Positions 38,964 to 49,700 of a DNA stretch of 64,000 bases are shown in pieces; position 1 is the stretch's first letter, and each line of letters starts with the position of its first letter. Under the pieces are notes generated by a model that was not told the DNA's origin, made no database searches, and was given only the letters and a program-made list of their open reading frames with translations. Both the position numbers and the translations under genes were made by a program. The DNA is from Takakia lepidozioides (Eukaryota; Plantae; Bryophyta). The DNA lies in assembly GCA_030704615.1 (NCBI GenBank), contig CM060732.1:33976001-34040000 (forward strand), given 5' to 3'.

Positions 38964-41900
38964 TGTCGCGCACATCACTTCGGTAAGCTCCCCTTCAAGT
39001 CATAGTTACTCGCTTTGATGCGCGCCTAACTCCCAAACTGACCGTCGGGCCAACTCGGAGCTTCGGCTGCTCATCGGGACATAACGGTCCCCCTTTACTC
39101 CTCCACCAGACCCTCGCTCAATTTGGGCCTAGTGGAAATTCCCTTTGGTTGTTGGCAGTCCGGAACAGCTCCCCACACCTTGGTTGCTTTCCGGCTCGCA
39201 CGCTTACTCACTAGTTTTTGGTCACCAACGGGCTTGCACCGTTCTCGGGGTTACTACTCCCTATATATACTTCTGTGACTGTCCGCGGGGGTTTCACAAA
39301 CAACCTAGTCATTTTATGACGAACCACCACGAAGACCCTCCATTCCCGGTGGTGAGTCGCGGTGAGTCTTGGCCCACCCACCACATTGGACCGTGATGAG
39401 TCCCAAGACTCCCCACGACTCCCACCACAAGGTCTCCGCCCCATGGTGAGTCCTATGCCACCCCCACTAAGACCCACTAAGCTACCACCACCCCTCGTGG
39501 AACCACCCCCACCGCAACCCGGTGTGCGGGGCTCCACCTAGTGAAGCGCCTCCGCCTCCTTGAGTGCCTTGGGCACTCAAAGGTGCTTTAGCCCCCGTAT
39601 CTATTGTTGCCACTGCCCCCACCACAGGGGCAGCCCTTCTTGTGTCCTGACCCCCTGCCCTCAAGGTAAAGGGCCGCGACACACACCCCTACCAACAGGG
39701 AGTCGATGTCCTCATCGACTTGTCCATTTTGTAGAAACTAACATCCAAGTTGTGGCGTCCTACATCAAGGAGTTTGTTTCCGTACCATGGCGTCCCATGG
39801 CAAAGGACCAAACCCCCCACTTGACTCTACTCTCCACTAGCTAGTTCGGCCGACTTCCTCCAAGTCCCGGCCAAGGGTGGAGCCTCTCAAGCTCCACCCA
39901 GTGCACTCTTCTTGGCCCACTTCAAGGCCAAGGAACGATCATCCCCGATGATTGAATCGCCTTACTGCAACAACATTGCTTGCGACCGCTCATGATGCCG
40001 TTTTTGGCATCACTTTGAGCAAGGGTTCACCTTGAACCCATTTTGACTATGAATATAACCTTGAGCAACCGCGCGCCCCAATCACTAAAATTGGGTCCGC
40101 CTTGGAATGTTGGCCTGAGGTACGGGAACACGCCGAAGCCGCACTATGACTTCGTCCCAAGGTTACACGATTATAGTACGTTAGCGCAGTTATAGGACGC
40201 GTACGCGCCAGATATGCACTAGCACTTGAACTCCCAAAGAAGGCGCAAGTTTCTTTGCCCCTTGGATGGGAGTCAGCCGATTTCGGCACTACGCAAACAC
40301 ACGATTAATCCAATTTACCTCTCCCACTTTTGTAAGCTAGCATGCATTCTACACACTAGCCAACCATACCATGCATCACCATTCCAAACAAAATAGGAAG
40401 CACAACATTTGGAAACCATTTCATTTATAACAAAATTTGTACAACACAAGTTTTTGCAATCGGATTCCTGAGCTAGCTAAGCCGGACTAAGCATGCATTT
40501 CCTCCCCCACGATCCAATGTTGATGTCCCCATCAACGCTTCTTCCGCTTTTGAGGTCGCCCTTCGAAAGCGGCAACCGCCTCGGATGCGTTTCCCATTTC
40601 TGAGGCACGCACCCAAGTTGCCTCCACTTGATGATAACCCTTCCATTTCACGAGATACTCCGTTTCTCGATTTTTGAACCTCCTCGACTTAAGCACTGCC
40701 TCCACCTCGTACTCAGGTTCATTTTCGAGATCCAACAACATAGGTGGCGGACGCAACACTTGATGCCGATTCGGACGCGCTTCATCTTTGAAGTAAGGCT
40801 TCAAAAGAGAGACGTGGAATACCGGATGCACCTTGCTGTTTGCCGGCAGCTCCAATTTATACACATCCTCATTCATAACCTTCCGGATACGAAAGGGCCC
40901 CGCATACGGAGGTATGAACTTCGGACTCACTTCCGGAGGTAATCAAAAATTCTTGATGTTCAACCTCCGTGCCTGCCTCAAACTTAACTTCCCTCCGCTT
41001 CCGATTCGCTTGCCATTCGTTTCCGACACCCATAACACTTCGCCACCATTCCCACACGGTAGCGTGACTATTCTCTTGCGGCCATCTATGACCGCTCCAG
41101 ATTTGCTCAAAAAGGTCATCCCCAAAATGAGATCCACTCCATCGATCTCGCAAATGGTGAAGTTCTCACGTCCCTCCCAACTTCCGAGCTGAAGATGAAC
41201 ATCGAACGCCAACCTCGTTGCCAATTGTGGTTATCCTTTGGCAGAACACACTTCAAAAGAGGCCCCCACATCACTTGTCGGGAGCCCCAGCTTTCGTGCC
41301 GTTGCCGGTGTCATGAAGAAGTGCGACGCTCTTGTGTCCACCAACAACAACACGTTAGTTCCGAAAATTATCCCACTCACGAACATTAACTGACTCCCTT
41401 TACGCAAGGGGCCAGTCTCCTGATACAACTCACAAGAGTAATTGCCTACCTTGCAAGTCTTGGCGACCACCGCTTCCACCAAGCGGCTGATGGAATCTTC
41501 GGACAACTTTGCGGTCGCCCGAGTCATGTTCAATTGTCGGGGTTTTGCACACTTCTTGGCCATGTGCCCGGGCTCCCCGCAATTAAAGCACACTCCATTG
41601 AAGGTCGCCTTCTGTCCGCCATAAGCCGTCGCACCTGATTTTCCTTTTGGAGCACCGGGTGCCGCCTTGACGTGTGAAGGCCCTCCCTTCGATTTTCGTG
41701 TGCCATTGTCGCCGGGTGGCCTATCCCACTTCTTTTCCAGTCGGAAGGAGTCACCCTCCCGCCGGGTCTTCTTGTGGTTCAGCTCCGTACGGCCTTGTTT
41801 TTCGCCCTTAGGGACATCCGAGAAACATTCAGCCCTTTCAATTGCCTCGTTCAAAGTCTTAGGTGGCTTCTCCTCCAACTTCCGCCTGGCCCATGGGGCC

Positions 41901-42585
41901 AGTCCCGCCACAAAGTTGAAGACCATTTCTGGTTCTGCCATATCCGCGACTTCGAGCAACAACACATTGAAAGCTTGAACATATCCCCGAATGTTATCCG
42001 TTTGCGACATCTATTGGCCTTGCGGAGCCTCCGGGAAGTCCTCGGGCTCCGACTCCCCAGATTCTTCCCGTTCTTGAGCGGCCTCGCTTTTAGAAGCATA
42101 AATGTCTCTTCCAATTGCCGCTTCGGTGACATGTCGCCCCCACCGGGCTCACCGGGATCATCATCTTTCGGGCCGTTCTGCTTTCGCTTTGTCTTGCCCG
42201 ACCCCATGATGAGGCCGATCTCAAGGACGATTGTGTACTGAACTCTAAGCTCTGATACCAAGTGTCGCGCACCTCACTTCGATAAGCTCCCTTTCAAGTC
42301 ATAGTTACTCGCTTTGATGCGCGCGCCTAACTCCCAAACTAACCGCCGGGCCAACTCGGAGCTTCGGTTGCTCACCGGGACATAACGGTCCCCCTTTACT
42401 CCTCCACCAGACCCTCGCTCAATTTGGGCCTAGTGGAAATTCCCTTTGGTTGTTGGCAGTCCGGAACAGCTCCCTACACCTTGGTCGCTTTCCGGCTCGC
42501 ACGCTTAATCATTAATTTTTGGTCACCAATAGGCTTGCACCGTTCTCGAGGTTACTACTCCTTATATATACTATTTTTCTCGACA
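38964..42585 (-). mobile_element. Non-autonomous Ty3/gypsy chromovirus (gag-PR-integrase tail/chromodomain; RT, RNaseH and integrase core deleted)
   Basis: LTRs 42263-42585 (TGTCG..CGACA) and 38964-39681 (TGTCGCG..CGCGACA) share ~305 bp. tRNA-Met PBS TGGTATCAGAGC at 42249-42260. Zinc knuckle CFNCGEPGHMAKKC, protease LVDTRAS..ILG, YAGPF, HPVFHVSLLKP, chromodomain YEVEAVL..YLVKWKGY..ATW. Confidence 0.93.
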
Positions 42586-43330
42586 TTGTATCATGACCCA
42601 TGGAGGATTTGACCGACCATCAACCCAAAGAACCTCTTGTGTGTGCTGCTTGTGTCTGCCAAGAGCCCACATTTACAGGATGGACAAACTTCTTGACATC
42701 CTACATTAAGAAAAAGCCACATCTTGAGGGCTGAGTCTGATGAGAGCGAAGAAGAAGGTGCCCTCACCACATTGTCCTCGACCTTGTGTCTTGACCCATG
42801 GAGGATTCGACTGACCATGAACCCAAGATGACCTCTTGTGTGTGCTGCTTGTGTCCATAGTCAGGTAATGTCGGATTGGTCCGTGAGAACCACCACGGTG
42901 CAACTGAGCGGGCAAAGATTGAAACACGATCTGCTAAGACAAAGCTGACTCTCCCAAGAACCTTGTAACCATCAGGAAGAATACCAAATCATGGTACTAA
43001 CAGGAGCCGAGAGCCCATATTTGTAGGATGGACCAACTTCTTCATATCGTACATTAAGAAAAAGCCACACCTTCCGATTGCGGTTGTGCCACCATCGTGA
43101 AGGATCTTTCAAAAACTCATGCCAGCTCTGCTCCGTGTTGCAAATGCAGGGCCGAGTCTGATGAGAGGGCAAAACAGGCTGAAATAGGTCGAAGAAGAAG
43201 GTGCCCTCACCACATTGTCCTCGACCTTGTGTCTTGACCAATGGAGGATTCGACTGACCATGAACCCAAGATGACCTCTTGTGTGTGTTGTTTGTGTCTA
43301 TAGTCAGGTAATGTCGGATAGGTCTGTGAG
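42586..43330 (-). pseudogene. Repeated OSB-family PDF motif fragments (organellar ssDNA-binding protein-like)
   Basis: EQSWHEFLKDPSRWWHNRNRK followed by a GT donor-like site; three copies of PDYxHK../..WVHGQSNPPWVKTQ, matching recalled W..FF.NP..WWDNR..K..PDFKHK..LW..G..NPPWVKSQ. Confidence 0.72.
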
Positions 43331-45308
43331 AGCGGCCATGGTGCATTCGAGCAGGTAGAGATTGAAACTCGGCTTGCTATCGCGATGCTTTGGCACTAAG
43401 AAGACACAGACCCCAAAATACACTAAGTCCCAGCCCTGCACTCTGCGACCTAGCAACCCTAAATTTGAGTCAATTTTTTGAATTTTTTGAATTTTTTGAA
43501 TTTTTTGCACCCTAACAAAATATAAAATGATTATATATTCCATGTTATTATGTGAAGGTATTTTTAGCTTAATATATTTGTATATATATATATATATATA
43601 TACACTCTCGAAGTCGTATCATTTGCAGCCGTTAGATGCACTTGCATCCAACACACCACACTATTTCAACCACGCAAGCAATGATATGTAGACACGTCGT
43701 CATTTGCAGTCACATCCTCGTTCTATTACAACCATTTATCTTTGTATTTTCCACATAGACACTCATTGGGCAACCAGCAATCGCCACGTGCAGTCGTGAA
43801 TACTGGCAGTCATACATTCCCATGGCCACGTCATCCTATTGCAGTTTTGGCCATGACTCCTAGTCGTATCTACCATCTTCCCATATATGGTCAAACGTGT
43901 TTGACCACAGATCCTCACGTGGCGGAGGTACAAGGTGGCATATACAACTTCTGGTGGTCACAATTGGCAACCAAGACTGCCCCCCTGCATTTTGTAGACA
44001 TATATGCTACGACTGGGCAAATGTGGCAGACGTTAAAGCCGAGATTTGTTGTAGTGGCAGTGCACCGATTTCCTCGGACTGTACCTATTTCTGTGGAATG
44101 AAACTCGATTGTCACCCATTCGTTTGTCCACCTTTATCATCCAGAAAGGTTCCGTTACCATCCACATTTAGGATGGATGTGAAATTAGGAGAGAAATATA
44201 AGTGGGCATCATGCAAGGTTGCATACATACTATCACAGGTGAACTTGCACGCTCACAGAACTTCGACGCTTACTCACTCTAGGAAGACGGTCTGCCTCTG
44301 TGTAAATACGGACTTTTTTTTGCTTCACATTCCTCACAAGGGATGTGAAGCGAAAGGGAGTCCGCATGTGCACAGATGTTGGCCTTGTTCTGCAACCTTG
44401 TCAATAGCCCATGCACAGAAGCTCAAAGGCTTGATGAGGCAAGAAGATCTCAGTACGAGGCCATTGGTTTCTACTCCAATCAATCAGAAAGTCACGATTT
44501 CTCATCTACACACAAGCTTTTTTTTGGGGCAGAAGCCTCTTCTCACCACACGGGCGGCAAAGATTCTTGACAAGCCAAATGACACCATTTGGGAAAGTGA
44601 ACAACAGTAGCAGGAGGAGTCTTGTAGTGGCAGGAGGAGCCTTTGCAGTGGAACATCCAGGTGTCGAACGAGGTATAGGGTAGAGAAGACCTCCTCATGT
44701 TTGTGGAAGGTACATGGTTTGATAGATTGTTGCCATCCTACCAAGTGTTATTCTACTAGAGGAGGGTATGAACGCTTGTCAAATGGCACAACTGGCATGC
44801 ATCTCAAGGCATGCCAGTTGTCGGTAGGTCCGACATCAAATGAACGCCTACATCACGTGGTCGAAGATGAAATCAAGCTTCGTGGTTGTGGTGGACCAGT
44901 GAATCTCCTCACCGAACAACCTACCAATGATCATAATAGTCTTGGGGGGGGGGGGGGGGGTTCAAGTTTGGGGAGATGGAGCGTGATTGCATGCTTGGGC
45001 ATGGAGCTTAAACTACCCTGCAAGAACGCTACTGAGCGGTGGTCGAACAATCGACATAGAGACCATTCTGCAAAGCGGAATCCTCAACCTCCCACCTGCT
45101 ACAACCATGTGGTTGATTACAACTTGCCAGTTCACTTTCTGGTTCCCCATCACCTGCGCATCCTTGGTTTTGTAGTATACATCCTCCACATCTTCCTCCA
45201 TGTCCTCCATCTGGACCTCCTCCGTCTCTACATGTGGGTTTTCGACCACTCTCTACATCTTCCCCTGCAATGTTTCAACATATGGGTCAGTACCTGGACT
45301 GCAGAGAG

Positions 45309-46025
45309 GGTGTGCGGTGCCGCACACCACTTTCCTACATTGTTGTGAACCCCCAAATAGCAGCCTCCATTGCTACCCTTCTAGTCAAAGCCCACATTCA
45401 GATGGAGCTTAAACGGTGTGTGGCGCCGCAGACCGTTCTCTATCCCCTTCAACACTCCATGTAACCTTCTTTATGAGCTTGATGGGGTCCCAAATTCGGT
45501 GTTTTTCAATGGGCAGAAAGGCCGTCTCTCTGCTAATTTTTGTCCAGGCTGGTCGTTGATTTTCCACCTCGGTCATTGGTCTAAATTTTTTTTTAATACG
45601 TTCTGTTTTGCACTGGGAAGTGGTGTGCGTTGCTGCACACCGTCTAAAGCCCCATCACTCCTCTGTCCCCCCCACCCTCCCAGAATTATTAATTATTATT
45701 ATTTTCCCCTGGTTGATTGGAAAAATGGTGTGCGTCAACGCACACCATCCTGCCTAACCCCATTTCCAGATGCTTCGAAGCACACAATTTCTGCTATGTA
45801 TGCAATCCCTTTCAACTACCCTCCATGATTTCTGTTGTTGTATGAATGGACCTGAAAAAAAGCCCTTTGGGTGGGGCAGAAACGGTGTGCTTTAAAACAC
45901 ACCATTTCTGCTATGTATGCAATCCCTTTCAAGTACCCTCCATGCTTTCTGTTGCTGTATGAAGGGACCTGAAAAAGAGCTTTTTGGTGGGGCAGAAATG
46001 GTGTGCTTCGAAGCACACCATTTTT
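45309..46025. repeat. Cluster of GGTGTGC-N6-GCACACC palindromes including a 116-bp tandem duplication; probable DNA-transposon subterminal region
   Basis: Palindromes at 45309, 45415, 45622, 45727, 45884 and 46000, plus a half copy at 45771. Confidence 0.8.
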
Positions 46026-46772
46026 GCTATGTATTCAGTGTCCTTCAAGGAGACGCGTCGCGGTGGATTGCTACTTTAAGAAAGTGGATTCTCGCTTGAA
46101 GACATCGAATGGATGCAAATGGATCTGAATGGTTTGTCATTTGTGGTTTTCTGGTTTCATGTTTTGATGAACGAATCCCACGGTTGTAAGCCCCTCGGTT
46201 ATAGGCGCCATATCTTTTTGGTGACCTGACGATGGTTGTCATAGCGCCATGTCAGCATATCCACACCATGTCGGCAAGCTCACGTAATGCTCACGCCACG
46301 TCCAAAATTGAAATCCATACTTGTAGTTTGAACTTTGAAGTTCCATATCCTGTAATTAATTGTCCTGTCACAATGTCATATACCGGTTAGACCCATGCAT
46401 GCGGCCATCATCCCAATACCATCTTTGAAATTTCATCCAAGGAGTAGAGAAAATATAATAATATAGAATATTAAATTTGATGTAAACTACCCAGGGTATG
46501 AGCAATATTTACATAATATTTACATAATACTGTTCCTTGGGTCCGAGGGCGACGGATCATCCATCTCTCATTACCATCCAGCAATCTTCATCCGTAGCGG
46601 GGCAGAGCGCGGGAATCGGGCAGGCTAGGGCTTCTCTGCTCTATTCCATGCGTTTTCCCACGTCTTGCAGACGAGATAGCGAGAGAAGCAGGGATCAATG
46701 CCAATACAGGAATCCTGTAGGGAAGAATTGACGATATAGAGCGAGAGAGAGAGGGGGAGACAGGGGGAGAAG

Positions 46773-49700
46773 ATGCCGGCAGTGGTGGCTCCCGGGAGCA
46801 TTGACAGGCTTGAAGTGGAGAATTTCAAGTCGTATAAGGGGCACCAAATCATTGGCCCCTTCAAGAACTTCACAGCCATTATCGGCCCTAATGGAGCGGG
46901 GAAATCAAATTTAATGGATGCCATTAGCTTTGTGCTAGGGGTGCGGTCGATGCAGTTACGAGGGGCGCAACTGAAGGACTTAATATACGCGTTTGATGAC
47001 AAGGAAAGAGAGCAGAGAGGGAGGAGGGCTTATGTGAAACTAGTTTATGTGACCGGAAGTGGCGAGGAGCTTGAATTTGCCAGAATGATAACCAGCAATG
47101 GAGCGAGCGATTACCGCATTAACAACAAGGCTGTTTCATGGGAAGACTATAATAACAAGTTGAGAAGCCTTGGCATCCTCGTGAAGGCCCGGAATTTTCT
47201 GGTTTTCCAGGTAATTCTAAGACTGCTGTCGGTTTTTATGCGTCCTACAGTATTGGAGTAATTGCTCGAATCAAATTTTGGCGGTTTAGAAAGTTGTGCG
47301 AAGATTGCTCTACCTTGCAATGGGGAGGTTTACAACTTTGGGATGGGGAATGTTGCTATTCCTGGCCAATAGGGGGACGTGGAGTCCATTGCTTCCAAGA
47401 ATCCGAAGGAGCTCACTGGACTCTTTGAACAAATCTCGGGGTCTGAGGAGGTCAAGAAAGACTACGAGGATTTGGAAGTACAGAAACTTCGCGCAGAAGA
47501 GAAATCAGCCTTCCTTTGGCAGCGGAGAAGGACCACTGCTGCGGAGAGGAAACAGAAGAAGGAGCAAAAGGAAGAGGCAGAGAAGCACCTGCGCCTGCAG
47601 GGGGAGCTGGTACTCTTGAGCTACCAGTCATTGTGTTAAGCCAAGTAGTAAAACATCTCTTCATTATTGCTTTAGTGTATGAAGGTGACATTGTCAACTG
47701 AAGCTTGACGGTCCTTGCAGGCAGCAAATGTTTTACAAAGATTGTCAATGTTTCCATTTGTTTGGATTTGAATGATTCTCCATGCTCTTGCAGAAACCTA
47801 AGAGTTTTGATCTGCATTGGCTTTGTTTACAGAAATCACTGAAGACCGAGTACTTTCTCTGGCAGCTCTTCAATATAGAGAAAGATTGTGATAGTACGCA
47901 GGCAGAGCTTGAGGTGGATAGAGTAAATTTGGAAGAGTTGAGTAGGGAGCAAGAGAAGCTGGAGTCAGAGATTAGAGAGAAGAAGAAGGAGCAAGCTGCA
48001 TATGCCAAGGAAGCCCTTCACTGTGAAAAGAGGATTACTAAGAAAAGGAATGAACTCGACAAGAAGGTTAGTGTTTTCAGACAAGGTATCGGACAGTTTC
48101 TCTTCTATTAGTTCCAATCTGTTGTTTTCTGTATAGGGTGTCAACCCCTTCAAGTTTTAGCGTTATTTGCAAGTATCTTCTACTCTACTTCCATCCCCCC
48201 TTTGTAGAAAGTATTATCTTCACAAGTACATTCCTGAGGGGTGTCAGGAAAAGAACAGCGAACAGGTAGAATTCGGTTCACCAATTTCCAGAGGAAACCC
48301 GAGCTTTTCAGAAAGGCCCAGACCAACTCATCAATTTTGATACATGTGTAGCATCAGTGTGATCTGTATGTTTGCAGCACCAATTAGGAAGCTTTCCACT
48401 ATTCTGGTTTGGCATCATATCACAAACCTTCTCTGTCATCTTTTTCTAACATTGTTTCTGTTACTTCTTTGTAGCACCCAGAACTGCTGAAGCTCAAAGA
48501 GGAAATTAAGCGCATCACTCAAAAGATCAAAAACTGTGACAAGGATTTAGATAAGAAGAAGGATGAGCACAAGAGACAGGGAAAGGAGATCGCAAAGCTA
48601 CAGCAGGATCTCCAGGATGTTACAGCAGCAATGGATGGGTTGAATGAGCAACAACAGAGGGAAGGCGGCGGAAGGCTGCATTTGGCAGAGAGCCAAATGC
48701 GTGAATACCACCGGATGTAAGTAGTGTTGCTTAGCATATTAAAGTTGCAGTAGTGAAGGTAGCTGACCTCGTAATTTTGACAACCAATAGTTAGACAGAC
48801 ACTACGACACTCTTTACCTGCACTAGCTTTCTTAGGGAATGTATTCAGCCTCTCCAGGAACATCAAAGATTTCAACAGATACGTGCTAGATGACCTAACA
48901 GCTATATAACCTTCAAGAAGGAAAGTTATTTGTTTTGTCTGCAGGGAAGTCAGAGAGAGAGACGGGGGAAAGAGGGATGCCTGAGAGTTTTTTTTTATCT
49001 GCAGTAAAGAAGAGGCAGGCACAAAAACTGTGAAGCTGAGGCAAGAGAAGGAGGTGGAAGATCGCCACCAACAAGCTGATGGCGAGGCTTTACAAAATCT
49101 TGAACAGGATCTTAGGCAGCTGACAGATCGTGATCAAGAGCTTATGTCTCAGGTACTCTCCAAGTAGCTTTTCACACATTAGACGTGCAGTACCCACGTT
49201 CAAACCAGTTGTTTAACATGTCCCATGCATCACCAAGGAATTTTATTTAACAGTAGTCCCATATGAAAGGCTTACAAAGGAAAACACCCATGTTGACACC
49301 CTCCAAATTAGCCTCGTTTTGCTGGAGAAGTGTGGTGTCTGTGTGGTTATATAATCAGTCTACTGAAGGATATTTTGGGTACACCTACTCAATTGGCAAA
49401 TTCCTCTACATATCTGCATAATTCCAAACCAGCATTGGGATTCTTCTTTATGAGCTGCAACATTCGCGGTTTCAAATTGATATATATCAAAGATCTGCTT
49501 ATGCCTCTCTCAAATGTGAAGGTGAGAAGTGAGCTAAGTGTGACTGCACAGTACCTTGGCCACCGTACCTTTGTTGGTAAACAAAGAACCCAAGTTAGTG
49601 ACTCTAGGCCATTCACGCAGGTTCAGGTGATGCCAGGAGTCTGCATTCTAGGTAGCGCAAATTTGTTCGGTGGTGTTACACGAAGTGGGAGATTGTATGA

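Larger units (their letters stand above)
27049..44056 (-). mobile_element. CACTA (En/Spm) element with nested and captured sequence; right boundary tentative
   Basis: CACTACAAGATA at 27049 with ATGACT/AGTCAT-rich subterminal region; TTGTTGTAGTG ending 44056 preceded by a similar AGTCGT/ATGACT-rich region (43600-44056); flanking triplets TCA/GCA (one mismatch); Tnp2 transposase inside. Confidence 0.6.

Noticed and set aside
43472-43508. KIQKIQKIQ ORF
   Set aside because: Simple 9-bp aattttttg tandem repeat.
44620-44629. TCTTGTAGTG as the right CACTA TIR
   Set aside because: Better 10-bp match than 44056, but no subterminal motif region and it sits between gcaggaggag direct repeats; kept only as an alternative.
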